From contig DASWPQ010000060.1 of NCBI GenBank assembly GCA_036398375.1, forward strand, positions 72,956 through 136,955: 64,000 nt of DNA, in the 5' to 3' direction. Below are positions 23,647-33,883 of this stretch, piece after piece (position 1 is the first letter of the stretch; each line of letters opens with the position of its first letter). The translations under genes and the position numbers were made by a program. Below the pieces are notes generated by a model, which worked only from the letters and a program-made list of their open reading frames with translations, was not told the origin of the DNA and did not search any database. The DNA is from Gryllotalpicola sp. GTDB lineage: Bacteria > Actinomycetota > Actinomycetes > Actinomycetales > Microbacteriaceae.

Positions 23647-24342
23647 TCAGCGGTTGAGGCTCGGCGTCGTCGCCTTGACCGAGCTGGCGTACACGTCGAC
23701 GTACTCCTGACCGGAGAGGCGCCAGAGCTCGTACTGGATCTCGTCGGTGACCGAGCGCAGGATGAAGCGATCCCCCTCGAGCCCCGCGTAGCGGGTGAAG
23801 TCGAGGGGCTCACCGATGACGATGCCGATGCGCCGCACCCGCGGAACCCGCGCGCCGCGCGGCATGAGCTCCTGCGTCCCGATCATGGCGACCGGGATCA
23901 CGGGGACGCGCGCCTCCAGCAGCATCCGCGCCAGCCCGGTCCGGCCGCGGTACATGCGGTGGTCGGGGCTGCGTGTGCCCTCGGGGTAGATGCCGAGCAG
24001 ATCGCCGGAGGCGAGCACCCGCAGGCCGGTGTTGAGCGAGTCCTCCGATGCCTTGCCCCCGGAGCGGTCGATCGGGATCTGCCCCGTGCCGAGCATGAAC
24101 ATCTTGGTCGCCCAGCCTCGCAGCCCTCGACCCGTGAAGTATTCGCTCTTGGCGAGGAAGGACACGTGCCGGTCGAGCATCAGCGGCAGGAAGATCGAGT
24201 CGAAGAACGACACGTGGTTGCTCGCGAGGACCGCCGCGCCCTCCTTCGGCACGTTCTCGATGCCCACGACCCACGGCCGGAACACCGCCTTGAGCAGCGG
24301 ACCGAGCGCGATGTACTTGAGGAACCAGAAGAAGCCGTTCAC
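23647..24342 (-). CDS. 1-acyl-glycerol-3-phosphate acyltransferase (PlsC family)
   Basis: NHVSFFD, FLAKSEYF, YPEGTRS; GTG start at 24342. Confidence 0.93.
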   Translation of the reverse strand: MNGFFWFLKYIALGPLLKAVFRPWVVGIENVPKEGAAVLASNHVSFFDSIFLPLMLDRHVSFLAKSEYFTGRGLRGWATKMFMLGTGQIPIDRSGGKASEDSLNTGLRVLASGDLLGIYPEGTRSPDHRMYRGRTGLARMLLEARVPVIPVAMIGTQELMPRGARVPRVRRIGIVIGEPLDFTRYAGLEGDRFILRSVTDEIQYELWRLSGQEYVDVYASSVKATTPSLNR

Positions 24343-24360
24343 AGCCGCCCCCCTGCTCGT

Positions 24361-24511
24361 CCGGCCCGCCTGGCCAGCCTTGTGCGCGCGTCCCCGCCGC
24401 GCGCACCCGGCGAGCCGCCGTACAGGCCGCCGGCCCGCCTGGCTCCTCTTGTGCGCGCGTCCCCGCCGCGCGCACCCGGCGAGCCGCCGTACAGGCCGCC
24501 GGCCCGCCTGG
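24361..24511. repeat. 69-bp intergenic tandem repeat (2.2 copies) with internal hairpin
   Basis: Units 24361-24429, 24430-24498, partial 24499-24511; each full unit has GTGCGCGCG-N7-CGCGCGCAC. Confidence 0.92.
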
Positions 24512-24517
24512 TCGCGG

Positions 24518-25468
24518 TCATTTCGTCGTGGCGTGCACCCGGGCGAGGTCGGCGGCGCCGACGACGCCGGCGTCGTTGACGAGCTCGGCGATCTTGAACT
24601 CCGGCTCGGGGTGGTAGCCGCGCGCCGGCAGCGTCTGCAGGAAGGCCTGACGGATGGGGGCGAGCAGCTTCTCGCCGGCTGGCGCCACGCCGCCGCCGAA
24701 CACGAACACCTGGGGGTCGAGGATCGCGGCGAAGCTCGCGCACGCCTGACCGATCCAGTCACCGAGCTGCCGAAGGGCCTGCAGCGCTCCGGGGTCGTCC
24801 TGCTGGATGAGGTCCCCGATGTCCTTGCCGTGCAGGTAGTTGCCGTTCCTTGCACGCACGTCCGCGAGCCCCTGGCCGATGCCGCCCGCGTCGGCGAGCG
24901 TGTTGGCGTAGCGCTGCAGGGCGCGCCCGGAGCCGTACTGCTCGATGCAACCGTTGGCGCCGCAGCCGCAGGGCAGGCCGTTCGGGACGATGCGCATGTG
25001 CCCGAGCTCTGCACCCGCGCCGAAGCCGCCGCGGAACAGGCGGTCGTTCGCGACGACCGCCCCGCCGACTCCCGTTCCGATCGTCAGCATGACCATGTCG
25101 GAGGTGAGCCGGCCGGCCCCGAAGCGGAACTCGGCCCAGCCCGCCGCATTGGCGTCGTTCTCGATGATCACCGGGACGGAGACCTTCTCCTCGATGGCCT
25201 CGCGCAGCGGCTCATGGCGCCACGGCACGTTCGGCGTGTAGTAGACGATCGACTGGGTCGCGTCGATGAACCCCGGGGCCGCCACGCCGGCGGCGACGGC
25301 ATCCGTGCCATCGGCCAGCTCGTTGATCATGTCCACCACGACCTGCTTCAACGCGGTGGAGTCGCCCGCCGGCGTCGGCTTGCGGTCGTGGTGCACGATC
25401 TGCCCGTGTTCATCGACCAGAGCTCCCGCTACTTTGGTTCCCCCGATGTCGATGCCGATCGCGTGCAC
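24518..25468 (-). CDS. ROK family glucokinase
   Basis: GIDIGGTK, ENDANAA, GTGVGG, ELGH..CGCG..GCIE. Confidence 0.95.
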   Translation of the reverse strand: MHAIGIDIGGTKVAGALVDEHGQIVHHDRKPTPAGDSTALKQVVVDMINELADGTDAVAAGVAAPGFIDATQSIVYYTPNVPWRHEPLREAIEEKVSVPVIIENDANAAGWAEFRFGAGRLTSDMVMLTIGTGVGGAVVANDRLFRGGFGAGAELGHMRIVPNGLPCGCGANGCIEQYGSGRALQRYANTLADAGGIGQGLADVRARNGNYLHGKDIGDLIQQDDPGALQALRQLGDWIGQACASFAAILDPQVFVFGGGVAPAGEKLLAPIRQAFLQTLPARGYHPEPEFKIAELVNDAGVVGAADLARVHATTK

Positions 25469-25597
25469 GCGCCAACGCCTTTCTTTTGGCTGGATGTCGG
25501 GTGTGTGGAGGGCGAAGCCCTCGATGGAACCCGTCTAAAGTGTATGCAGTCAGTCCGCCGCGTGCCACGCGCGGCGCCCGGTATCAAAGGAGCTACC

Positions 25598-27418
25598 GTG
25601 CACGAATCCGTGATTCCTGCCCTTGTCCCGGCTGACCCCGGGGCCAATACGACCGACCTGCTCATCGAGAGAGCGAGCCTGACGCCGGAGAAGGTGCTGT
25701 TCGGCATCCCCGACGGCGGGGAATGGCGCGACGTGACGGCCGCCGAGTTCCTCGCGCAGGTCCGTGCCCTCGCGAAGGGCTTCGTCGCCGCGGGCATCCA
25801 GCCGGGCGACAAGATCGGCCTCATGAGCCGCACCCGCTACGAATGGGCGCTCATCGACTTCGCGATGTGGTTCGCGGGCGGCATCCTCGTGCCGGTCTAC
25901 GAGACGAGCTCGCCGAGCCAGCTCGCCTGGAATCTCACCGACTCGGGAGCCATCGGCGTCATCCTCGAGAGTGCCCAGCACCACGCGGCCTTCGACGAGG
26001 TCGCCGCCGAGCTGCCCGCCGTGCAGAAGGTGTGGCAGATCGAGCTCGGCGACCTCGACAAGCTCGTCGCGGGCGGCGCAGGCGTTCCCGACGAGGAGAT
26101 CGAACGGCGGCGACACCTCGCCAACGGCGACGACGTGGCGACGCTCATCTACTCCTCCGGCACGATGGGCAAGCCGAAGGGCGTGGTGCTCACGCACGCG
26201 AACTTCGTCGAGCTGGCGCGCAACGCCGGCGAGAAGCTCGGCGAGGTGCTCGAGGACGGCGCATCCACGGTGCTGTTCATCACGATCGCCCACGTCTTCG
26301 CGCGCTTCATCTCGGTCATGTCCGTGCACGCCGGCGTCCGGGTCGGGCATCAGGCCGACACGCGCAAGCTCATGGACTCGCTGCAGTCCTTCCACCCCAC
26401 CTTCCTGCTGATGGTGCCGCGGGTGTTCGAGAAGGTCTACAACACGGCCGAGCAGATCGCGGAGGCCGGAGGCAAGGGCAGGATCTTCCGCGCGGCGGCC
26501 GACACCGCCGTCGCGTACTCGGAGGCGCGGGCGGCGGGCAAGGTGCCGTTCGGGCTCAAGCTCAGGTTCAGCCTCTTCGACCGGCTCGTCTTCTCGACCC
26601 TGCGCACCAAGATGGGCGGCCGGGTGCAGTACGCGATCTCCGGCTCCGCTCCCCTGTCGCCGCGCCTCGGCAACTTCTTCGCGGCGCTCGGGGTGCAGAT
26701 CCTCGAGGGCTACGGGCTCACGGAGACCACGGCGCCCGTGTCCGTGAACCTGCCTGGCCGGTTCAAGATCGGCACGGTCGGCCCCGCGCTGCCCGGCAAC
26801 GCGATCCGCATCGCCGCCGACGGCGAGATCGAGGTCAAGGGCGTGTGCGTCTTCAAGGAGTACTGGAAGAACCCGGGCCTCACCGCCGAGGCCTTCGACG
26901 ACGGCTGGTTCAAGACGGGCGACCTCGGCGCCCTGGACGACGACGGCTACCTGCGCATCACCGGGCGGAAGAAGGAGATCATCGTCACGGCGGGCGGCAA
27001 GAACGTCGCCCCGGCGGTGCTGGAGGACGCGGCCCGGTCCCACCCGCTGATCGACCAGATCGTGGTCGTCGGCGAGCAGCGGCCCTTCATCGCTGCGCTC
27101 GTCACGCTCGACACCGAGATGCTCCCGGTGTGGCTTCGCAACAACGGCGAGGATGAGCACCTGACACTGGAGGCGGCCGCGCAGAACGACGCGGTGCTCG
27201 CCGAGGTGCAGAAGGCGGTCGACACCGCCAATCAGCATGTCTCGCGGGCGGAGTCGATCCGCAAGTTCACGATCCTGCCGACGAGCTGGACCGAGGAGAG
27301 CGGGCACCTCACGCCGAAGCTGTCGATCAAGCGGAACGTGATCGTGAAGGACTTCGCCGAGGACATCGACGCCCTCTACACGGGCGTCTCGACGAAGAGC
27401 CTCTCCCTGCAGGGCTGA
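25598..27418 (+). CDS. Long-chain fatty acyl-CoA synthetase
   Basis: YSSGTMGKPKG, EGYGLTET, TGDLG, TGRKKE; AAAGGAG RBS before GTG. Confidence 0.95.
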   Translation: MHESVIPALVPADPGANTTDLLIERASLTPEKVLFGIPDGGEWRDVTAAEFLAQVRALAKGFVAAGIQPGDKIGLMSRTRYEWALIDFAMWFAGGILVPVYETSSPSQLAWNLTDSGAIGVILESAQHHAAFDEVAAELPAVQKVWQIELGDLDKLVAGGAGVPDEEIERRRHLANGDDVATLIYSSGTMGKPKGVVLTHANFVELARNAGEKLGEVLEDGASTVLFITIAHVFARFISVMSVHAGVRVGHQADTRKLMDSLQSFHPTFLLMVPRVFEKVYNTAEQIAEAGGKGRIFRAAADTAVAYSEARAAGKVPFGLKLRFSLFDRLVFSTLRTKMGGRVQYAISGSAPLSPRLGNFFAALGVQILEGYGLTETTAPVSVNLPGRFKIGTVGPALPGNAIRIAADGEIEVKGVCVFKEYWKNPGLTAEAFDDGWFKTGDLGALDDDGYLRITGRKKEIIVTAGGKNVAPAVLEDAARSHPLIDQIVVVGEQRPFIAALVTLDTEMLPVWLRNNGEDEHLTLEAAAQNDAVLAEVQKAVDTANQHVSRAESIRKFTILPTSWTEESGHLTPKLSIKRNVIVKDFAEDIDALYTGVSTKSLSLQG

Positions 27419-27494
27419 CGCTGCCCGGAGAACGCGACGTCCCCGCCCACTCCGCCACAGCGACGCGGCTACGTGCTCGCCGCGACGATAAGCA

Positions 27495-27986
27495 TCAGAA
27501 CCAGTCGGACTCTCGGATCTGCTTCATCGCCTCGCGACGGGTGGGCTTCTCCAGCCGGTCGAGGTAGAGCAGCCCGTCGAGGTGGTCGGTCTCGTGCTGG
27601 AGGGCCTGGGCGAGCACGCCCTCGCCTTCCACGAAGACCTCGTTGCCGTCGACGTCGTAGCCGCGGGCGCGCGCCCAGGGGTGGCGGGGCGTCTCGAACC
27701 AGAGGTTCGGCACGCTCAGGCATCCCTCGCCCACCAGCTGCTTCTCGCCACGCACCTCGATCACCTCGGGGTTGATCAGATAGCCGAGCTGGCCGTCGAC
27801 GTTGTAGCTGAACACGCGCGCCGTCACGCCGATCTGGTTCGCGGCCACGCCCGCGCGCCCCGGCAGCTGCACGGAGTCCACAAGGTCGGCCACGAGCGCC
27901 CGGACACCGTCGTCGAACTCCGTGACGGGGTCGCAGACGGTCTTCAGCACGGGGTCGCCGAACAGGCGGATGGGGCGTACGGTCAC
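27495..27986 (-). CDS. def: Peptide deformylase
   Basis: GVAANQIG, EGCLS, QHETDHLDG. Confidence 0.96.
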   Translation of the reverse strand: MTVRPIRLFGDPVLKTVCDPVTEFDDGVRALVADLVDSVQLPGRAGVAANQIGVTARVFSYNVDGQLGYLINPEVIEVRGEKQLVGEGCLSVPNLWFETPRHPWARARGYDVDGNEVFVEGEGVLAQALQHETDHLDGLLYLDRLEKPTRREAMKQIRESDWF

Positions 27987-28030
27987 CTATCCACGTTACC
28001 CGACGGGACTGTTCGCTCCGGGAGCCGGGG

Positions 28031-31000
28031 TCACTCCTGCGTCAGCGGCCGGACGACGACGAGCAGGTCGCCGGCGTCGACCTGCTGCGTCGCCGGGACC
28101 GCGAGACGCTCGATGACGCCGGCGATGGGCGAAGTGATCGCCGCCTCCATCTTCATGGCCTCGATCGAGGCGACCGTCTGCCCGGCCGTGACCGCCTCCC
28201 CCGCCGCGACGCGCAGCGTCACGACGCCGGAGAACGGGGCGGGGATCTGACCGGGCGTGCCGGGGTCGGCCTTCTCGAGCGCCTTGGTCGCGACCTCGAC
28301 GTGCCGGTCGCGGACGAACACGGGCCGCAGCGAGCCGTTGAGCTTCGTCATCACGGTGCGCATGCCGCGGGCATCCGGCGCCCCGATGGCCTCGAGTCCG
28401 AGGTACAGGACCACGCCGGGCGCCACGTCGACGCGGTGCTCCGCCCCGACGGACAGCCCGTACAGGTAGTCGGAGGTCTCGATGATGGAGAGGTCGCCGA
28501 AGAGCTCGCGGGTCTCCTCGAACTGCCGGCTCGGCCCGGGGAACAGCAGCCGGTTGAGGGTCGTCTGCCGCTCGCGGCCCGGCGCGGCCAGCGCCGCGGT
28601 GTCGCCGGCCGAGAGCGGGGTGATGCCGACGTTGACCTGGCGCCCCGCGAGCACCTTGCTGCGGAACGGCTCGGGCCAGCCGCCGGGCAGGTCGCCGAGC
28701 TCGCCGGCCATGAAGGAGATCACCGAGTCGGGAATGTCGTAGTTCTGCGGGTTCTGCTCGAAGTCGGCCGGATCGGCGCGCACCGCCGCCAGCTGCAGCG
28801 CCAGGTCGCCGACGACCTTCGAGGACGGGGTGACCTTGGGGATGCGGCCGAGGATGCGGTTCGCGGCGGCGTACATGTCCTCGATGAGCTCGAAGTTGTC
28901 CCCGAGCCCCAGCGCGATCGCCTGCTGGCGCAGGTTGGAGAGCTGACCACCGGGGATCTCGTGCCGGTACACGCGCCCGGTCGGCGCGGGCAGACCCGAC
29001 TCGAAGGGCGAGTACAGGCCCCGCACGGCCGCCCAGTAGGGCTCGAGCGCGGCGACGTTGTCGAAGTCCAGGCCCGTATCGCGCTCGGTGTTGGCCAGGG
29101 CCGCCACCAGCGCGGAGATCGAGGGCTGGCTGGTCGTGCCGGACATAGGGGCGGATGCCACGTCCACGGCGTCTGCACCTGCGCGCGCCGCGGCCAGCAG
29201 CGTGGCGAGCTGGCCGCCCGCGGTGTCGTGGGTGTGCACGTGCACCGGCAGCTCGAACTCCCGCCGCAGCGCGGTCACGAGCTTCTCGGCGGCGGCGGGC
29301 CGCAGCAGGCCGGCCATGTCCTTGATGCCGATCATGTGCACGCCGCTGGCGACCACCTTCTCGGCGAGCCGCAGGTAGTAGTCGAGCGTGTAGAAGCCCT
29401 CGCGCGGGTCGTTCAGGTCGCCGGTGTAGCACAGGGCGCCCTCGGCGATCGTGCTCTCCGTCGCGAGCACGGCATCGATCGCCGGCCGCATCTGCTCGAC
29501 GTCGTTGAGGGCGTCGAAGATGCGGAAGATGTCCACACCCGTGACGGCGGCCTCGGCGATGAAGGCATCCGTCACCTCGGTCGGGTACGGCGTGTACCCG
29601 ACCGTGTTGCGGCCGCGCAGCAGCATCTGGATCGCGACGTTCGGCAGCGCCGTGCGCAGCGCCGCCAGGCGCTCCCACGGGTCCTCGCCGAGGAAGCGGA
29701 GTGCGACGTCGTAGGTCGCACCGCCCCAGGCCTCTACGCTGAGCAGCCCCGGGGTGAGTCGGGCGAGGTACGGTGCGATCGCGAGCAGGTCCTTGCTGCG
29801 CACCCGGGTCGCCAGGAGGCTCTGGTGGGCGTCGCGGAAGGTCGTGTCGGTGACCGCGACGGCGGTCTGGGCGCGCAGCGCCCGCGCGAAGGCGGTCGGC
29901 CCGAGCTCGAGCAGCTGCTGCCGCGTGCCCTCGGGGGCCGGCAGGGTGAGGTCGGCGACGGGCAGCTTGGCCGACGGCTCGGCCACGTGGAGTGGGCGGT
30001 CGCCGTGGGGCTTGTTCACGGTGACGTCTGCGAGCCAGCCCAGGATCTTCGACGCCCGGTCCTGCGACGGCCGCGCGCGCAGCAGGTTCGGACGGTTCGC
30101 GATGAAGTCCGTCGCGATCTCCCCCGCGATGAACGCGGGCTCGTCGACCAGGGCCTGCAGGAAGGGGATGTTCGTGGCCACGCCGCGGATGCGGAACTCA
30201 GCCAGCGCGCGCCGCGCCCGGTTCACGGCCATCGGGAAGGTGCGGCCGCGACAGGTGAGCTTGACGAGCATGGAGTCGAAGTGCGGGCTGACCTCGCTGC
30301 CGGTGCCCATCGAGCCGCCGTCGAGGCGGATGCCGCCGCCGCCCGGCGAGCGGTAGGTCGTGATGGTGCCGGTGTCTGGACGGAACCCGGCCGCCGGGTC
30401 CTCGGTCGTGATGCGGGTCTGCATGGCGAAGCCGCTGACCCGCAGGGTGTCCTGCGACAGGCCGATCTGCGCGAGCGTCTCGCCCGCGGCGATGCGCATC
30501 TGCGCCTGCACGAGGTCGACGTCGGTGACCTCCTCCGTCACGGTGTGCTCGACCTGGATGCGCGGGTTCATCTCGATGAAGACGTGCTGGCCCTTGCGCT
30601 CCCCCGCCGCCTCGACCAGGAACTCGACGGTGCCCGCGTTGACGTAGCCGATCGACTTGGCAAATGCGACGGCGTCGCGGAACAGCGCCTGGCGGATGCC
30701 GTCGTCCAGGTTCGGGGCCGGGGCGATCTCCACGACCTTCTGGTGGCGGCGCTGCACCGAGCAGTCCCGCTCGAACAGGTGGAGCGTCTGCCCGGCGTCG
30801 TCGCTGAGGATCTGCACCTCGATGTGCCGCGGCGTGAGCACCGCCTGCTCCAGGAACATGGTCGGGTCGCCGAAGGCGGAGTCCGCCTCCCGCATCGCCT
30901 CTTCGAGCGCGGGCCGCAGCTCGGCCTTCGTGTCGACGCGGCGCATGCCGCGCCCGCCGCCGCCCGCGACGGCCTTCGCGAAGATCGGGAAGCCCACCTC

Positions 31001-31447
31001 GTCGGCAGTCGCGAGCAGCTCGTCGATATCGCGCGACGGCGGCGTCGACTTCAGCACAGGCACCCCCGCCGCGATCGCGTGCTCCTTCGCGGTGACCTTG
31101 TTGCCGGCCATCTCGAGCACTTCCTTGGGCGGGCCGATGAAGGCGATCCCGGCGTCGCGGGCGGCCTCGGCCAGCTCGGGGTTCTCGGAGAGGAATCCGT
31201 ACCCCGGATAGATCGCGTCCGCTCCCGACTGCTTCGCCACCCGGATGATCTCCGCGATGTCGAGGTAGGCGCGCACGGGATGCCCCGGCTCGCCGATCTG
31301 GTACGCCTCGTCCGCCTTCATCCGGTGCAGCGCATTGCGATCCTCGTAAGCGAAGACCGCGACGGTCCGTGCCCCCAGCTCGTATGCGGCGCGGAATCCG
31401 CGAATGGCGATCTCGCCCCGGTTGGCGACCAGAATCTTACGGAACAC
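28031..31447 (-). CDS. pyc: Pyruvate carboxylase
   Basis: ANRGEIA biotin carboxylase, FRDAHQSLLATR carboxyltransferase, EAMKM biotinylation site. Confidence 0.98.
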   Translation of the reverse strand: MFRKILVANRGEIAIRGFRAAYELGARTVAVFAYEDRNALHRMKADEAYQIGEPGHPVRAYLDIAEIIRVAKQSGADAIYPGYGFLSENPELAEAARDAGIAFIGPPKEVLEMAGNKVTAKEHAIAAGVPVLKSTPPSRDIDELLATADEVGFPIFAKAVAGGGGRGMRRVDTKAELRPALEEAMREADSAFGDPTMFLEQAVLTPRHIEVQILSDDAGQTLHLFERDCSVQRRHQKVVEIAPAPNLDDGIRQALFRDAVAFAKSIGYVNAGTVEFLVEAAGERKGQHVFIEMNPRIQVEHTVTEEVTDVDLVQAQMRIAAGETLAQIGLSQDTLRVSGFAMQTRITTEDPAAGFRPDTGTITTYRSPGGGGIRLDGGSMGTGSEVSPHFDSMLVKLTCRGRTFPMAVNRARRALAEFRIRGVATNIPFLQALVDEPAFIAGEIATDFIANRPNLLRARPSQDRASKILGWLADVTVNKPHGDRPLHVAEPSAKLPVADLTLPAPEGTRQQLLELGPTAFARALRAQTAVAVTDTTFRDAHQSLLATRVRSKDLLAIAPYLARLTPGLLSVEAWGGATYDVALRFLGEDPWERLAALRTALPNVAIQMLLRGRNTVGYTPYPTEVTDAFIAEAAVTGVDIFRIFDALNDVEQMRPAIDAVLATESTIAEGALCYTGDLNDPREGFYTLDYYLRLAEKVVASGVHMIGIKDMAGLLRPAAAEKLVTALRREFELPVHVHTHDTAGGQLATLLAAARAGADAVDVASAPMSGTTSQPSISALVAALANTERDTGLDFDNVAALEPYWAAVRGLYSPFESGLPAPTGRVYRHEIPGGQLSNLRQQAIALGLGDNFELIEDMYAAANRILGRIPKVTPSSKVVGDLALQLAAVRADPADFEQNPQNYDIPDSVISFMAGELGDLPGGWPEPFRSKVLAGRQVNVGITPLSAGDTAALAAPGRERQTTLNRLLFPGPSRQFEETRELFGDLSIIETSDYLYGLSVGAEHRVDVAPGVVLYLGLEAIGAPDARGMRTVMTKLNGSLRPVFVRDRHVEVATKALEKADPGTPGQIPAPFSGVVTLRVAAGEAVTAGQTVASIEAMKMEAAITSPIAGVIERLAVPATQQVDAGDLLVVVRPLTQE

Positions 31448-31522
31448 GTAGGCCCTTCATGAGCTTCGCCGGTTCAGCGAACGGTTAGGTTCCTCCAGAC
31501 TACTAACGGTAGGTTTCTGCTC

Positions 31523-32368
31523 GTGCATGTTCTGAGCGTCAGTTCTCTCAAGGGCGGTGTCGGCAAGACCACGGTGACCCTGGGACTTGCGTCGGCGGCG
31601 TTCGCCAAGGGCCTGCGCACGCTCGTGATCGATCTGGACCCGCAGTCCGACGTGTCAACCGGCATGGACATCTCGGTCGCCGGCCACCTCAACGTCGCGG
31701 ACGTGCTGGCTTCGCCTAAGGAGAAGATCGTGCGCGCCGCGATCGCTCCGAGCGGGTGGACGCGGGGGCGCCCCGGCAAGGTCGACGTGATGATCGGCTC
31801 GCCGTCTGCCATCAACTTCGACGGACCGCACCCCTCAGTGAAGGACCTCTGGAAGCTCGAGGACGCGCTCGTCCACCTCGAGCACGAGTACGACCTCACC
31901 CTCATCGACTGCGCGCCGAGCCTCAACGCCCTCACGCGGACCGCCTGGGCGGCATCCGATCGCGTCGCCGTCGTCACCGAGCCGGGCCTGTTCTCCGTCG
32001 CCGCCGCCGACCGCGCGCTGCGCGCCGTGGAGGAGATCCGCCGCGGCCTCGCCCCGCGCCTGCAGCCGCTCGGCATCATCGTGAACCGGGCCCGCGTCCA
32101 GTCCCTCGAGCACCAGTTCCGCATCAAGGAGCTGCGCGACATGTTCGGCCCGCTCGTGCTCTCCCCCCAGCTGCCCGAGCGCACCTCGCTGCAGCAGGCG
32201 CAGGGTGCGGCGAAGCCGCTGCACGTGTGGCCCGGCGAGTCCGCGCAGGAGATGGCCCACAACTTCGACCTGCTGCTGGAGCGCGTGCTGCGCACCGCGA
32301 AGCTCGGCGAGTACGCACAGGTCGAGTCGGCCGAGCCGGCCGGCGCCGCGCCCAGCGGCGAGCAGTAG
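31523..32368 (+). CDS. ParA/Soj family ATPase
   Basis: KGGVGKTT, IDLDPQ, IDCAP. Confidence 0.92.
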   Translation: MHVLSVSSLKGGVGKTTVTLGLASAAFAKGLRTLVIDLDPQSDVSTGMDISVAGHLNVADVLASPKEKIVRAAIAPSGWTRGRPGKVDVMIGSPSAINFDGPHPSVKDLWKLEDALVHLEHEYDLTLIDCAPSLNALTRTAWAASDRVAVVTEPGLFSVAAADRALRAVEEIRRGLAPRLQPLGIIVNRARVQSLEHQFRIKELRDMFGPLVLSPQLPERTSLQQAQGAAKPLHVWPGESAQEMAHNFDLLLERVLRTAKLGEYAQVESAEPAGAAPSGEQ

Positions 32369-32441
32369 CCTCCGCCGGAGTCCGAACGGCGTTCTCCGGC
32401 CGAGGTCCGACAACTCGCGCCGTCGGGCACCGGCGCGAAGC

Positions 32442-32999
32442 TCAGCTCACCTGTTTCCGCGCTGCGCGGCGCGCGGCGAGTTCGTCCTCCGGGTCGGCGG
32501 CCGCCTCGCCCGTGGGGTCGATCTCGACGAGCGAGGCCTCGACCTCGCGCAGCACCCGCCCGACGGCGATGCCGAACACGCCCTGGCCCTGACTGACGAG
32601 GTCGATCACCTCATCGTTCGAGGTGCAGAGGTAGACCGAGGCGCCGTCGCTCATGAGCGTCGTCTCGGCGAGGTCGGTGACGCCCGACTCGCGCAGCTGG
32701 TTCACGGCGACGCGGATCTGCTGCAGCGAGATGCCGGTGTCGAGCAGTCGCTTCACGAGCTTGAGGACGAGGATGTCGCGGAATCCGTAGAGCCGCTGCG
32801 AGCCCGAGCCGGATGCCCCCCGCACGGTCGGCTCGACGAGCCCCGTGCGCGCCCAGTAGTCGAGCTGGCGGTAGCTGATGCCGGCGGCCTTGGCGGCGAC
32901 CGTGCCCTTGTAGCCGACCTCATCGGCCATATCGGGCAGCCCGTCCGTGAACAGGTACTGCAGGTCGAGGCGGCCTTCGGGGCCCACGGCTTCGCTCAT
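32442..32999 (-). CDS. MerR family regulator (Rv1830-like)
   Basis: AAGISYRQLDYWARTGLV..GSGSQRLY, GQGVFGIA. Confidence 0.93.
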   Translation of the reverse strand: MSEAVGPEGRLDLQYLFTDGLPDMADEVGYKGTVAAKAAGISYRQLDYWARTGLVEPTVRGASGSGSQRLYGFRDILVLKLVKRLLDTGISLQQIRVAVNQLRESGVTDLAETTLMSDGASVYLCTSNDEVIDLVSQGQGVFGIAVGRVLREVEASLVEIDPTGEAAADPEDELAARRAARKQVS

Positions 33000-33118
33000 G
33001 CGCGTACCTTTCGTGAGGGGATCAGCGCCAACCCGAACGGCGCTGAGTCAACGGTACCCAGCACCGGCTGGACCGGCAATTACATCCGGCGCGTCGGCCT
33101 CGGCGTGTCGGAACTTTA

Positions 33119-33135
33119 ACCTTCAACCCGAGGGT
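33119..33135. promoter_or_regulatory. Second FtsR-like operator
   Basis: ACCTTCAACCCGAGGGT, 13/17 identical to the ftsZ-upstream AACCTCAACTAGAGGGT. Confidence 0.5.
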
Positions 33136-33190
33136 CAGGGATGCGGTCGCGATGCGCGCGGCCGTTGCCGCATTCGCCGTCCCCGTCACA

Positions 33191-33883
33191 CTACGGCAGC
33201 AGCCGGTCGAGCCCGGCGCGCAGCAGACTGCCGCGCACCACATCCAGCTGACGGGCGATGTCCTGTGCGGTGTCGACGGTCTTCGCCCGGCTCGAGGTGT
33301 CCCGGCGGCGGGCGATCGGGGCGATCGCGCTCTCGATCAGGCCGAGCTCCCGCTCGACGGCCGCGCGCACCGTGCGCAGATGCCGCGGCTCGATGCCGCG
33401 CTCGCCCAGATCGACGAGCGCCGTGAGCACCTGCAGTGCGCCCTCGTCGAAGACCTCGGCCGCCTGGATGAGGGAGGCGCTCACCGCGTCGCGCAGCAGC
33501 TGCGCGTTCGCACCCGCCTCCCGCAGCAGCTCCTCACGCGTGTACCGGCGGCCCGTCGAGAGCATGTTCGGCCGCCCGGGGCCGCCCGGTGCGAGGGGGC
33601 TGAGGCCGGCATCGAGGTCCGCGAGGTGCTCGCGAATCACCTTGAGCGGCAGATAGTGGTCGCGCTGCATGGCGAGCACGAGCTTGAGCCGCTCGAGGTC
33701 GTCCGGGGAGAACTTGCGGTAGCCGGACGGCGTGCGCGACGGGGAGACCAAGCCCTGCTCCTCGAGGAAGCGCAGCTTCGACGGCGTGAGCTCCGGGAAC
33801 TCGGGCGTGAGCTTGGCGAGCACCTGGCCGATGCTCAGAAGGACCGGCCCGGCGTCCTTCGCCTGGGCCGCCGAACGCGGCAC
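33191..33883 (-). CDS. ftsR: MerR family regulator FtsR/Rv1828-like
   Basis: LSIGQVLAKL..EFP.LTPSKLRFLE..GL..RT.SGYRKF, YLPLKVI; directly after the FHA gene. Confidence 0.88.
   Translation of the reverse strand: MPRSAAQAKDAGPVLLSIGQVLAKLTPEFPELTPSKLRFLEEQGLVSPSRTPSGYRKFSPDDLERLKLVLAMQRDHYLPLKVIREHLADLDAGLSPLAPGGPGRPNMLSTGRRYTREELLREAGANAQLLRDAVSASLIQAAEVFDEGALQVLTALVDLGERGIEPRHLRTVRAAVERELGLIESAIAPIARRRDTSSRAKTVDTAQDIARQLDVVRGSLLRAGLDRLLP

Noticed and set aside
24361-24511. Possible CRISPR array
   Set aside because: The would-be spacers are near-identical, there are only 2.2 units, and no cas genes are present.
23647-25014. 455-aa ORF suggesting an extended or fused acyltransferase
   Set aside because: The extension is an alternative frame of the glucokinase gene plus the stop-free 69-bp repeat; homology begins at GTG 24342.
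23990-25597. N-terminal extension making a 1142-aa acyl-CoA synthetase
   Set aside because: Antisense to the glucokinase and acyltransferase genes; there is a clear RBS and GTG at 25598.
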